A stretch of DNA of 64,000 nt from contig CAWJRC010000004.1 of NCBI GenBank assembly GCA_963845205.1, positions 105,040 through 169,039 of the forward strand, written 5' to 3'. Below the pieces are notes generated by a model, which ran no database searches, was not told the origin of the DNA, and worked only from the letters and a program-made list of their open reading frames with translations. Positions 39,236-49,694 of the stretch are shown here, in pieces; positions within the stretch are counted from its first letter, which is position 1; each line of letters starts with the position of its first letter. Position numbers and translations under genes: made by a program. Origin of the DNA: an uncultured archaeon. GTDB taxonomy: Archaea > Nanobdellota > Nanobdellia > Pacearchaeales > GW2011-AR1.

Positions 39236-39466
39236 ATGAAAAAGGGGCTGATAAGAGATATATTGCTCGCAGGAATAATCGGAGCGGCTTCTATTGGGAT
39301 TAGCAGTTGCGTTGTCCGTGAAGATCCTTACCCTTACGATCAATATTATTATGATTCTCCCTATTATTACCCCTATTATCCTTACCATGATCATCATTAC
39401 ATACACCCCTATTATCGTCCTGAACAACATAACAATCATTCTGAACATAATGATCATCACCGTTAA
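39236..39466 (+). CDS. Small Tyr/Pro/His-rich lipoprotein-like peptide
   Basis: ISSC lipobox followed by YYYPYYPYHDHHYIH...HNDHHR. Confidence 0.65.
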   Translation: MKKGLIRDILLAGIIGAASIGISSCVVREDPYPYDQYYYDSPYYYPYYPYHDHHYIHPYYRPEQHNNHSEHNDHHR

Positions 39467-39532
39467 ATTAAGTGCAGAAAATTTATTTGTATTAATTGAA
39501 GAATAGTTACACTACATAAAATTTATAAAGAA

Positions 39533-40390
39533 ATGAGCGTATTTGTTTTCATGGAAACATCAAAGTTACTAAAAAAGATTGGAGGAACGGCTTTGATTGC
39601 CGGTGCATTACTTGCACCCATGAAAAACGCAAATGCCGATGCTTATCTTTTTGGAAATTTTGGTATAGGCCTTGAAGCAAATTCTACTCCTGCTATTATT
39701 GTTCCTTCTGTTCCCGAATATATTAGAAATGTACCAGCTTATCCTGGAGATGAAGTAGATTATCCCTTTGCTCCTATTAAAGACAGTTCATTAGGATTAT
39801 ATAATGCCGGACTTATGGGAGATGCAAATGTAGGCATCGGAATTGTTGAGGATAATTTCAATATAAAAATAGGCGGAGGCGCAAAATTTGGTCCAGGTTC
39901 ATCAATGGTTGAGAGAAATTATCTTGGAGCTCCCGGAACAGACCAGAGAGGAGAAGGAACAGCATTAACTTATTACCAACTTTGCTCTGACATCCCTTTC
40001 GATTTATCTTTAAGATTATCTTATGATTTTTTAAATCCGAAAGAAGAAGCTGCAACAGCATCATTATTTATTGATTATTCTGCAAATTTTCTAAACAACC
40101 TGAGAATAGAAACAGGCTGGGACAGATATAACAGCCTTCAGGCAGATAATGAATACAATCTTGGAAACGTGCTTGTTCATGAAATAAAGGCCGGAATCCA
40201 TATTCCTTTGTTTAAGCCGAAATTTTATACTTGCAATGCCGGATCATTTTTGGAACTTTACGGAGAAGCAAATATTCCTCAGATAGTAAGCGAGACACAA
40301 CTTGGATCCGATGTTGGTTTGAATGTTAAGCCAAATTTTGGTGTCGGAGTAAAAATCGGATTTGAATTCGATACTTTACCTCGTGATTAA
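39533..40390 (+). CDS. Secreted beta-barrel-like protein, tandem paralog 1
   Basis: Signal peptide ending ANA; amphipathic strands; C-terminal FGVGVKIGFEF. Confidence 0.65.
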   Translation: MSVFVFMETSKLLKKIGGTALIAGALLAPMKNANADAYLFGNFGIGLEANSTPAIIVPSVPEYIRNVPAYPGDEVDYPFAPIKDSSLGLYNAGLMGDANVGIGIVEDNFNIKIGGGAKFGPGSSMVERNYLGAPGTDQRGEGTALTYYQLCSDIPFDLSLRLSYDFLNPKEEAATASLFIDYSANFLNNLRIETGWDRYNSLQADNEYNLGNVLVHEIKAGIHIPLFKPKFYTCNAGSFLELYGEANIPQIVSETQLGSDVGLNVKPNFGVGVKIGFEFDTLPRD

Positions 40391-40431
40391 ATTGCAATAA
40401 AGCTTATAAATAAACAGACAAAATAATTTTT

Positions 40432-41253
40432 ATGAAAAAATCACTGGGAACAATTTTAGGCGCAGCAATTGTAGGCGCAGGATTATTATTTGCTCCTGTA
40501 AAAAAGGCAAATGCAGATTTTTATTTTTTTGGAAATTTTGAAGAGGGATTTGAAGAAGATTCTTCTGCGGCAATAAGCGTTTCATCTATTCCTGAACAAA
40601 GCGGCATTCTTGTTCCTATGCCCTCTCCTGTACTTAACCATCACCCATGTCCAATATATATGGTAAACTTTCTGGAAGGCAATGCACCCCAGTACATCAA
40701 AGCAGATTTAATTACTTTCAAAAAAGGCGAATTAGACCTTTATAATTCAGGATTTACAAGCGAAGCAAGAGCCGGCTTTGGAATTGAAAGCGGAAATTTT
40801 GACGTAAAGCTTGGCACAGGATTAAAGATCGGCCCAGATTCAATATTAAGAGACGGAACAAGCTATCTTGGATCTGATCTTCCTGTCAGTTTATTTTTGA
40901 GGCTGTCATACAATTTTCTTAATCCAAAAGAAGAAAAAATGACAGCATCTTTATTCGCGGATTATGCCGCAAATTTCATAGGCAATCTCAGCATAGAAAG
41001 CGGATACAGCAACTGCAATGTAGTGTACAATCTCGGAGATGTGCTTGTCCATGAATTAAAGGCCGGAATCCATATTCCTATTTTATTCAAAGACAAAAAT
41101 TTAGGCAATCTTGGACCTTTCTTAGAAATTTACGGAGGAGCAAATATTCCGCAGATAGTAAACGAAAATCCGATAGGATATGATACTGGCCTGAATGTCA
41201 AGCCCGATTTTAATGTAGGCGCAAAAATCGGCTTAGAATTTGATACATTGTAA
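40432..41253 (+). CDS. Secreted beta-barrel-like protein, tandem paralog 2
   Basis: Aligns with previous ORF (LRLSYxFLNPKEE, VHExKAGIHIP, FLExYGxANIPQIV); ends FNVGAKIGLEFDTL. Confidence 0.65.
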   Translation: MKKSLGTILGAAIVGAGLLFAPVKKANADFYFFGNFEEGFEEDSSAAISVSSIPEQSGILVPMPSPVLNHHPCPIYMVNFLEGNAPQYIKADLITFKKGELDLYNSGFTSEARAGFGIESGNFDVKLGTGLKIGPDSILRDGTSYLGSDLPVSLFLRLSYNFLNPKEEKMTASLFADYAANFIGNLSIESGYSNCNVVYNLGDVLVHELKAGIHIPILFKDKNLGNLGPFLEIYGGANIPQIVNENPIGYDTGLNVKPDFNVGAKIGLEFDTL

Positions 41254-41312
41254 ATAAGGATTCTATCATCACCTTTTTAAATAAATAATTCTTGATTTTT
41301 TATATTAGTTTT

Positions 41313-41396
41313 GCGGGTGTGCTAGAGTGGTCAAATAGGCAGGACTTAAGATCCTGTGACTTAGTGTCTGCGCAGGTCCGAATCCTGTCACCCGCA
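41313..41396 (+). tRNA. tRNA-Leu(TAA)
   Basis: GCGGGTG/CACCCGC acceptor, CAGGA-CTTAAGA-TCCTG arm, long variable arm. Confidence 0.95.
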
Positions 41397-41624
41397 TTAG
41401 AATTTTAATTTTAGATTAAAAATTATTTCTTTATCAATTCTTCCTGAATAAGGAACAGTATATCCCTGAAGATTCAATTCGGTTCCTATTCTATTAGAAT
41501 AAAGATTCAAGCCATTCTGAGATTTATATTCACCGAGCTCGATAACATGCTTTACAGGAATCTGAAAATTATTATTTGTAAAGGCCTGAAGAGAATTAAC
41601 AGCAAGCAAAGATACTAATGTCAA
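41397..41624 (-). CDS. Short secreted beta-strand protein or remnant
   Basis: Signal-like N-terminus (in-frame CTG-EFKKVG upstream, no ATG); ends IIFNLKLKF. Confidence 0.4.
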   Translation of the reverse strand: MTLVSLLAVNSLQAFTNNNFQIPVKHVIELGEYKSQNGLNLYSNRIGTELNLQGYTVPYSGRIDKEIIFNLKLKF

Positions 41625-41696
41625 ACCAACTTTTTTAAATTCCAGAATATCTTATAAAAAATATTCTATATAAAGTTTTATTTCCGGGAGTATATA

Positions 41697-42656
41697 TTAT
41701 TCAAACAGTCCGGAAATGGAAATTCCCTTCTGCGCCCTGTAAATAGCCTCTGCAAAGACAGGGCTAAGGTCTATCATTTCTACAGACGAATTATCCTGGT
41801 AGTGCGTGTTGCTTGTCATGATCCTGTTAAAATTTTTCGATAATTCTTCTGTCCCTTTTGTAAAAATTCCGTGAGTCGCGTAGCAGTATAATTCTCTTGC
41901 TCCATTTTCTTTGAGAAGCTTCGCAGCATGGCACTGCGTGTTTCCGGAATCTATTATATCATCAACAATAAGAACGTCAAGTCCCTTTACGTCTCCTACC
42001 AAGCGCATTTCTTTTATTTCTCCTGCTTTTTCCCTCTGCTTGTAAATAAAACATATCGGATGCTTCACTCCCATTTTCTGCGCGAATTCCCTTGCCCTGT
42101 TTACTCCTCCTGCATCAGGAGAAACGATCGCAAGATCTTCAAGACTCCTCACTGGCTTTTTTTCGAGATATCTTACCACTTCAGGAAAACTTCTGAGAGT
42201 GTCGACAGGACAGTCTGCAGGATAAAATCCCTGGATCTGGTCAGCGTGCAAATCCATTGTTATTATTCTCCTAAGGCTCGGAGAAATAGACTGCGCCAAT
42301 GCCCTCGCTGAAATCGGAACATGGGGCTTTTCTTTCCTGTCTTTCCTGCTGTAAAGAAGATCAGGAAGAACGAATGTGACTCCTTCTGCTGATGCGCTCA
42401 ACAATAAATCCTTGAGAAGCAAAAGCTCAACCCACCACTGCTGCGGATTTTTTGTAGAATCCTGAATGAAATATACCTGCCTTCCCCTTACATTTTCCGG
42501 AAGATGCATGTCAATCTCCCCGTTCCTGAATCTTGAAACAGAAACTTCTTTCAGAGGAACGTCAAGACCTTTTTTTTCTTTTATGTAATTCTGTATTTTT
42601 AAGGCAAAATTCCACGCATTGGATTTTTTGTCCGCAAGAAGCTGAACATCTTCCAT
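41697..42656 (-). CDS. prs: Ribose-phosphate pyrophosphokinase
   Basis: RFRNGE, TMDLHADQIQGFY, VSPDAGG, VDDIIDSGNT, ATHGIF. Confidence 0.96.
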   Translation of the reverse strand: MEDVQLLADKKSNAWNFALKIQNYIKEKKGLDVPLKEVSVSRFRNGEIDMHLPENVRGRQVYFIQDSTKNPQQWWVELLLLKDLLLSASAEGVTFVLPDLLYSRKDRKEKPHVPISARALAQSISPSLRRIITMDLHADQIQGFYPADCPVDTLRSFPEVVRYLEKKPVRSLEDLAIVSPDAGGVNRAREFAQKMGVKHPICFIYKQREKAGEIKEMRLVGDVKGLDVLIVDDIIDSGNTQCHAAKLLKENGARELYCYATHGIFTKGTEELSKNFNRIMTSNTHYQDNSSVEMIDLSPVFAEAIYRAQKGISISGLFE

Positions 42657-42721
42657 TAAATGAAATGCAAAAATTCGTTTAAATTATTTTCTGCGGCAGA
42701 GAATATAGAATCTAAGAAAAA

Positions 42722-43204
42722 TTAATTTGAAGGGGAAATTGTAAAATAACTTTCTCCATCTTCTTGAAAATTATCTTGGCCAGATGCTCTTTCAAACCAG
42801 ACTACTCTGTAAGTCCCATCTCCTCCAATAGAACTGTTCATTATCTTATTCATTAATCTTCCATCTGATTCTCCTGCATGACGGTAATCTCCATTACAGG
42901 GTATAATTTTTTCTTCCCATACTACTGGTTGGTTATTAGAGTTATATACCACCCATTCAACATCTTCTCCTGTATACCAGTTGGGATCGTGTCCTACGCA
43001 GATTATTGACTCATTATCCTTAAAATTATTTTTTATATTCACATATCCTTCAGGATAATATATTTGATTGTCCCCGTGAGTATCTGACCAATAATTGCAT
43101 TCGAAGAAAATCTTTCCTGGATCGTAAGCTTGAGCTGTTCCCATAGCCCCTGCAGACAAAGCAGCAGCCAATACTAAAGCGCCAATATTTTTTTTCATGT
43201 TCAT
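42722..43204 (-). CDS. Secreted Ig-like paralog family member 2
   Basis: Signal peptide; FFECNY, GHDPNWYTGEDVEW, GTYRVVW, DGESYFTIS. Confidence 0.8.
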   Translation of the reverse strand: MNMKKNIGALVLAAALSAGAMGTAQAYDPGKIFFECNYWSDTHGDNQIYYPEGYVNIKNNFKDNESIICVGHDPNWYTGEDVEWVVYNSNNQPVVWEEKIIPCNGDYRHAGESDGRLMNKIMNSSIGGDGTYRVVWFERASGQDNFQEDGESYFTISPSN

Positions 43205-43265
43205 AAATAAGCACCATAAATAACGTTTATAAACATTTAGGAGATAAAAAGTATATTAATAAAGA

Positions 43266-45223
43266 TTATTTCTTTTTTGAATAATTTTTCTTTTTCAACT
43301 TATGATGAATTATTTTTTTCTTATAACCAATTTTTTTAATTGAAGCCCTTTTCTTTGCAAGAGAAATACAAGAGGGAATTAGGATAATCAAGACTACTGC
43401 TGCAATAATTATCCAGTCCAGATAAGACAAACCCAAAAATCCTTCTGTTACTGTCTGCTGCGTTTCCGCAGGAGGAACAGTTGTTGTATTCTCTACGGGG
43501 GTAAGCGTTGAAGCGATTGCAAAGTAACTGAAATGAGTAAGGTTAGTGCTGTAATAATCATAATTAGCGTCTTCTTTCTGGAATGTTGTTTCAAGCTGAT
43601 TCCACTGATTTGAACTTGCATTATATTCGAATAAAGCAACATCATTTTGTGAAAGACTATTCTGGCTGAGCCATGATTTATCAACTTTTGTTGTAACTAT
43701 TGCATTGCTTACTACTTCTGAAAGATTCTGGATTGTTATGTGAAGATATTTGTATGTTCCTGATTTGGTTGTTGAAACATTTAAGGGCAGAGAATTATAG
43801 TTTTGAACTTGAACATTCACATTATTTGCTGGGGAATTGACGCTTATCTGTATCTGACTCACCCCCGAATCTGCAGCAAAATTAGTCATGATTACAGGAG
43901 CAGAAGGCGTTATCTGCGTCCACTGATTAGATGTCGTTTCAGTAACCGGAGCAATTGCTGCGCCAGTACCAGAACCACCACCGCCTCCGGAAGAAGCTTC
44001 CCCTAACTGGACATAATAAATTCCTGTAGCTGTTCCGTTATTCCCTGCATTATCTGAAAAGCTGCAAGGCACAGTATAAGAACCGGTATTTGCCGTAGAG
44101 GGATTTGTTACTGTCAGAATCGTTCCCATATTAACCCCGAAGTAACATCGTACGGAGTACATACGCATGTGACAGTCTGTCCTACTGTCAAAGTAGAAGG
44201 ATTGCAATTTACAGATCCTGCCGGAGGGGTGTTGTCGAAAGTTATATTTGATCTCACTATGCTGTTATTTATGTTGTTGGCATAATCAGTTGCCCAGACA
44301 GTGATGTTATAAACACCATCAGGTATGATGCTGGTATTTAATGTGGCATTCCATGAAGTCCCGAAAATTCCGGTCGATGAGGCGTTTAACTGATAAACCT
44401 GATGAAAGATTGTACTTGTGATGTTGAATGACAGATTGGCTATTCCAGTAGTAAGATCAGATGCGCTTACATTAAGAATAATTACTCCCGAATAATTCTG
44501 GAAATTTCTGATAGGAGAAGATATATTTGAAACAGTGGGGGGTATAGAGTCGACAGTAAAAGAAACACTTGAAAAATTAAGATTGTTTGCGGTATCATTC
44601 GTCCAGACTGTTACATTGTGCTGCCCATTGTTCCATGTAACATTTGTTATATTTGTACCACAGGGAATTGAGCTATTAGAAGTAAATGTATCGTTAGAAT
44701 ACCAGCAGCTTGAAAGAGCTATATTATCAGAGGCTGTATAGTTTACATTCAGATGTGTATTTGAAGAATTTGTGTTGTTGGCTGGAGTAATAATTGAAAT
44801 GTTTGGAGGAAGTGAGTCAAGGGTTATATTTGAAAATGATAATGAATTATTAAGACTCGTCAAATTGTAAATGAAACAGGAAATATTATAATTTGCGCTG
44901 TTGCCTATGGAAGTAATATTGATTGAAGCGTTTGTAAAAACAGTCTGGCTTGCTGTTATGTTTAAAATCTGCACGAGAAAATTTGTTGCTGCACCTCCGC
45001 TGGAATTGTAATAACAGGTTATATTTGACATGTTATTAGCACCGTTCGAATCTACTGTAACTGTCACATTTAAGTTAGTAGAATAATTTCCATACTGTAT
45101 CGGAGAATTAATAGTTGATGTGGCGATGATAAAAATAATAAATGCGGTAACGAAGAATATTCCGAATAATGCCAGAATATTTTCCTTGCTCATCAGCCTC
45201 TTTTTTTCTATCATATCAACCAA
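43266..45223 (-). pseudogene. PGF-pre-PGF-type surface glycoprotein split by a 1-nt frameshift
   Basis: ORFs 44114-45223 and 43266-44207 join as TSG-VNMGTIL if the G4 run at 44135-44138 were G5; Ig-like repeats, Gly linker, HFSYFAI, C-terminal TM. Confidence 0.8.
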
Positions 45224-45264
45224 AATTATTAAGGAAAAAAGAATTTATAAATTCTGCTGAAAAA

Positions 45265-46054
45265 TTATTTGAACAGATTGGGATTCTGATTGATAATCCC
45301 CTGCGCAATCATGTCCGCATATATTCCAACCTGGGTGTATGCCGCATCTTCTTCTACAAAATAAGCATTATAATTTTTTGAATTCCAGGCATCTACAGCA
45401 GATTTCACATCATTAACATTGGCAGTAACCAGCTGCAGCATTGTATCATAGTCGAATACAGGATAAGGATTGTTATTGTTTGCCCAAAATTGGGCAACGC
45501 TTGCTTCATAGTCTAAAGCAGCAGTGTTGAAGATAATATTAGCTTTTGAAACATTATTCTTTACGTTATTGGCGTATGTAAGGAATATATTAGTCTTATT
45601 ATTCCACAAGCTTACAAATTGCTGCGCGACATTAGCTCCGTATATTGTTGTTAAAAGAGCGCCGACTTCATTTACATTATTCTGAAGCGCAACTAGAGAA
45701 GCATTATATGAAGCAGAAGAGTCCAATGAACGGCGAGTAGTGTAAATTAGCAAGAAAGTATGCTCCTGCAATAAATCATGAAGATGAGAATCAAATTGAT
45801 CCGCCTTAGTCAAGCTGACATTAAGATCATTCTGCAAAGTCTGGGTCTGCAGATTAGCGACCTGAGTATTTAGTCGAGAAATCTGAGCAGTCAAATCAGA
45901 AATCTGAGACTGTGATTTAGTAACCTGTATCTGAGACTGATTATAGAAATATGCCAGAACAGCCAAAGCAACAATTAAAATTGCCAAGATCAAAACCTGA
46001 AGTACACGTGTAGCTTTTGCTGCCCCCAATTTTTTTTATATACCTCTTTGCCAT
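45265..46054 (-). CDS. Membrane-anchored helical-bundle protein, paralog 2 (probable frameshift near start)
   Basis: HDLLQEHTFLL shared with 24047-24838; ATG at 46054 is one base out of frame across an A8 run. Confidence 0.72.
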
Positions 46055-46110
46055 CTTTCCCCTTTTACAAAATATATTATGGAATATATATTTATAAATA
46101 TTTCTTTTTG

Positions 46111-47211
46111 CTAATAACGGATATTAATTTTAATATTCCGGTAACTTACTTTATCCTCGTTTACTGTCAAAATTCCTGTCTGCCCCATATCCAAACATCC
46201 CGAGTTCCAGAATAATTCGTCTACAAATTCTCCGGGATTGACATGTTCTCCTTTTCTGTTGTTTGCCCTGTGGCCACTCTCATGAAAATGGCCGCTTAAT
46301 GCTTTTTTTATTCCCAGCTCTTCATAAAGATTTTTCAGGTCGTTGTTTCCCCTGTTTTCTTTTCTTTCTACAAACACCTGCCATCTTTCTACATTTTCTT
46401 TATTAATTATTTTGATTGCTTCGGATTTTATTTCCTCTTCGGAAAGTTCTCCAATAGAATATGCTTTTGTGCTGTTTGATTCTTCAACTATATTTTTTGA
46501 AACGCTTCCTGGGATTACTGAAAGTTCTGTGAAGGTATAATCCTGCATATTTTCTGGATTCCTATGATATACTCTTCCCTGCCAGAAATGAGCGACATCG
46601 ACGCAGGTTTCTAAATTGTCAAATCTTCTCGGAACATGGCAGACAATTATTGTCTTGTCGGGCTCTGTTACCAATTCTTTTATATCATTCATGTTGGTGT
46701 ACTGTATCGCGCTTCTGCTGATTCCTCTCTCTATAGCTTCGGCATAGTGATTAAGTTCTGTAAATTTCATTAATCCCTTTTCTGTCTTCAGATATCTTCC
46801 GCTCGGGACATTTTCATTTCCCAGATGGTATTCACCGCCATTTAGATAGTCTGATCCAGGCAGGAATATCAAATGATGGCTGTCCTGATCGACGTGGGAA
46901 ATTCTCTGCGTGTCAAAAATATTATCGTACTTCTCGGCAAAAAAGTCTATAACAGGGCCGTATCCCAGCAAACTCTCGTGGCTTCCGGGCTGGATGAATG
47001 ATTCCAGTCCTCCTTTGCCTATTGAATCCAATATGAAAGCCGAATAATCTTGAGTCTCTTTTAATGAATTTTGCCTGCTGAATATATCGCCGTTCACCAA
47101 AATTTTATTGACACCTAATTTTTTGAATAAATCAACTGCAACAGGGACCATTTTGGGATCCTGATGTACATCGGATATTACTCCATATTTGGTTTCTTTT
47201 GGCATGACCAA
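46111..47211 (-). CDS. Calcineurin-like metallophosphoesterase
   Basis: SDVH, NGD, PGSHE, CHVP, SGHFHE. Confidence 0.88.
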   Translation of the reverse strand: MVMPKETKYGVISDVHQDPKMVPVAVDLFKKLGVNKILVNGDIFSRQNSLKETQDYSAFILDSIGKGGLESFIQPGSHESLLGYGPVIDFFAEKYDNIFDTQRISHVDQDSHHLIFLPGSDYLNGGEYHLGNENVPSGRYLKTEKGLMKFTELNHYAEAIERGISRSAIQYTNMNDIKELVTEPDKTIIVCHVPRRFDNLETCVDVAHFWQGRVYHRNPENMQDYTFTELSVIPGSVSKNIVEESNSTKAYSIGELSEEEIKSEAIKIINKENVERWQVFVERKENRGNNDLKNLYEELGIKKALSGHFHESGHRANNRKGEHVNPGEFVDELFWNSGCLDMGQTGILTVNEDKVSYRNIKINIRY

Positions 47212-47348
47212 TCATCAGCAACGCATTTTATAAATATTTCTAAAGTGTTGTCACTTTAAAAGCAGAACTATTTTGCAGGAAATAAATTATTCGAAATATC
47301 TTTTGCTTTACACAAAAGCTTATAAATAATATTTTATGATATTTATTT

Positions 47349-47825
47349 ATGAACATGAAAAAAAATGTTGGCGCTTTAGTATTGGCTGCTGCTATGTCTG
47401 CAGGAGCTGTTGGAGTTGCTGATGCTGCTTATGAACCTGGCAGAGTTTTCTTTGAATACAATTATTTTTATCCCAATGCAAATAATCAAGCCGACTACCC
47501 GGAATCTTTTAACGGGATAAAAACTTATTTTCGAAGTAACGAGCACTTGTTACTAGAAGGACACGATCCCAACTGGTATACAGGAGAAGATGTTGAATGG
47601 GCAGTTTATGGTCCTAATGGAAACTTGGTATTTGCAAAAGATCAGATTCAAATATTTAACGGAGGATGGGAAAGAGTAGGCAGTAACGGAGATTTGATGT
47701 CTTATCTTCTAAGTTCTCCTAATGGTGGATACGGAAATTACAGAGTTCTTTGGTATGACAAGCCGTATGGAGCAGGATACGATTATCAATTTGATGGTGA
47801 AAGTGATTTTAATATTTCCCAGTAA
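47349..47825 (+). CDS. Secreted Ig-like paralog family member 3
   Basis: Near-identical signal peptide and GHDPNWYTGEDVEW shared with 42722-43204. Confidence 0.8.
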   Translation: MNMKKNVGALVLAAAMSAGAVGVADAAYEPGRVFFEYNYFYPNANNQADYPESFNGIKTYFRSNEHLLLEGHDPNWYTGEDVEWAVYGPNGNLVFAKDQIQIFNGGWERVGSNGDLMSYLLSSPNGGYGNYRVLWYDKPYGAGYDYQFDGESDFNISQ

Positions 47826-47850
47826 AAATAAATTTTAAAAATATAAAAAG

Positions 47851-48357
47851 TTATTGGCCGAAACAGCTCTGGTCTTTCAGGAGAGTTATGTATTTTAGGA
47901 ACAAAGTTGATGTGCTGTAATTGCTTGCGAATCCGAGGTCGCCGTTTTTGTTCGCTTCTTTTATTATATCACAGAGATTAGTGCTGTTCAGTTCAAAGAT
48001 ATATTTTGAATCCATTGTGATAGAAACTCCTGGCGTTCCGCTTTGCAGGATCTGATTGTTGCCTATAAGGAAACTGTTCTGCCACACTCTTTCCCCGTTC
48101 TGAAATGTATAGAATGTAAGAGATACTGGATTGTCTTCAGGAACGTCTTTTATGAACTGGCTTGAAAGAATTGCGTCTGTCACTTTTTCTATCTGGGCCT
48201 GGCTCAATGAACTGTGAACAATCGGGGGATTATTTGTTTTGACTACTGAACTTTTTTCTGCTGCTTTCTCTCCCAGAACAAAGAAAGATGCTGCGATCAG
48301 GATTACTGCTGCAAGGATAACAATGTAGATGAAAATCATTCTCCTTTTATGAATCAT
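47851..48357 (-). CDS. Hypothetical membrane-anchored protein
   Basis: N-terminal TM; C-terminal Cys pair. Confidence 0.65.
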   Translation of the reverse strand: MIHKRRMIFIYIVILAAVILIAASFFVLGEKAAEKSSVVKTNNPPIVHSSLSQAQIEKVTDAILSSQFIKDVPEDNPVSLTFYTFQNGERVWQNSFLIGNNQILQSGTPGVSITMDSKYIFELNSTNLCDIIKEANKNGDLGFASNYSTSTLFLKYITLLKDQSCFGQ

Positions 48358-48397
48358 GAAGAAAAAAATTTTCCTGGCTATTTAAAGATTAACTTCT

Positions 48398-48619
48398 TCA
48401 TTCTTTTGGAGGGAATGTTTTATGTTTCTTAAAATATTCAAGTGCCTTAATTAGATTATCAAGTTCCTCTTCATCCATGAATTGGAGGATAATATTATAT
48501 CTATCCCCAGTTACATAAAAGACTCTTTTTCCTGTACTTTCAGATATTGTTCCCTCACAAGAACTAAGAACATCTTCCATCTTTTCCCCGCCTATTTCGT
48601 CTCTAATTTCTATTTTCAT
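48398..48619 (-). CDS. Small hypothetical protein
   Basis: 73 aa ORF. Confidence 0.55.
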   Translation of the reverse strand: MKIEIRDEIGGEKMEDVLSSCEGTISESTGKRVFYVTGDRYNIILQFMDEEELDNLIKALEYFKKHKTFPPKE

Positions 48620-48626
48620 TCTTTAT

Positions 48627-49202
48627 TTAAGTCGACTCCAAACTTTTTAATTTGATTATTCTCTTTTTAAGAATTATCCCCTTCTCTTTGCATTCTTTGT
48701 TGAATACATCCAAAACAAAATCTACAGCCTCTTTATCTGGCCCGTTAAACTTTTTCATCTGGCTTTCTGAAAAATAATTAGAATGACGCAATTCTTCCTC
48801 TTTCATCAAAGAGAAAGTGCAATATGTTTTCAGAGTCTTATCCAGCTTCAATTTCTCCAGTAAATTTATCAACAAATCTCTCCTGCAGGCGATGCCGGGA
48901 AAAATCTCAACAGCATTTTTCAGGTCAAGCTTACTCCCGACCCTAACAACTTCTTTTTCGTCCGGATCTTTAGAAGACATGACATATCCTATAAAATCCT
49001 GAAGAAGCAGGGGGATTGTTTCATTCTGTTCATAGGAAATTTTATACAGCTGATATAATAAAAAGCCTTTTAAGCGGTTATCCTGTCCAGATTCTTTTCT
49101 GAGCTTCTGCATTAAACTCCAGCCGGTTTTATCTTCTGCATCTTTTTTGAACTCTTCATAAATTTTCTCTATTCTTATGTTAATATCCAAAAAAATTGCC
49201 AT
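48627..49202 (-). CDS. Hypothetical protein
   Basis: 191 aa ORF with upstream TATA. Confidence 0.6.
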   Translation of the reverse strand: MAIFLDINIRIEKIYEEFKKDAEDKTGWSLMQKLRKESGQDNRLKGFLLYQLYKISYEQNETIPLLLQDFIGYVMSSKDPDEKEVVRVGSKLDLKNAVEIFPGIACRRDLLINLLEKLKLDKTLKTYCTFSLMKEEELRHSNYFSESQMKKFNGPDKEAVDFVLDVFNKECKEKGIILKKRIIKLKSLEST

Positions 49203-49247
49203 TCACCAAATAAGAGTATATCGCTTTTATAATTTTCTAATTCAGAA

Positions 49248-49670
49248 TTAAAATTTTGAGTCATCATCGTCCAGACTAAAAATTGACATCCGATGAGCAG
49301 GGCCCAATCCTTTCCAGCCGTCATTTTTCTTGCTAGTCCCACTGTTCATTACAGGGAATGTCAGTCCGCTCTCTGTAACATCCTGATTCAGGTGGAACTC
49401 GCCGTGGCTTGCATCATATCTTTCTGTCAGGGAATATCCTTTCGCTTCCGGAGCAACATTCCCCAAGTCAAAATTAAATGATATATTTTCAGGGCCTTCT
49501 TTACTAAAGCCGGACACGCTTCCAATCGGCTTTATAGGTTCTATCGGCCTTAACTTACCCAATCCGCCAAACATAGGCTTGTCCCAAGGATCAATGCTGC
49601 AAATATATCTGTGATTTTCATTGCAAAATCTTCTTTCCGGATTGTATAAACTTTCTTCTAATCTGTTCAT
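49248..49670 (-). CDS. Hypothetical protein
   Basis: 140 aa ORF. Confidence 0.55.
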   Translation of the reverse strand: MNRLEESLYNPERRFCNENHRYICSIDPWDKPMFGGLGKLRPIEPIKPIGSVSGFSKEGPENISFNFDLGNVAPEAKGYSLTERYDASHGEFHLNQDVTESGLTFPVMNSGTSKKNDGWKGLGPAHRMSIFSLDDDDSKF

Positions 49671-49694
49671 GTTATTTATTCAGAAGTTTTGCTT

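Noticed and set aside
39134..39506. Met/Ile-rich alternative ORFs
   Set aside because: Shadow frames of the Tyr/His-rich gene; one overlaps tRNA-Thr
42722..47825. Diversity-generating retroelement TR/VR pair
   Set aside because: No reverse transcriptase in the window; differences outside the patches are extensive and not adenine-specific
48397..48624. 10-bp direct repeat TTCATTCTTT at both ends of a small gene
   Set aside because: Too short and AT-rich to separate from chance
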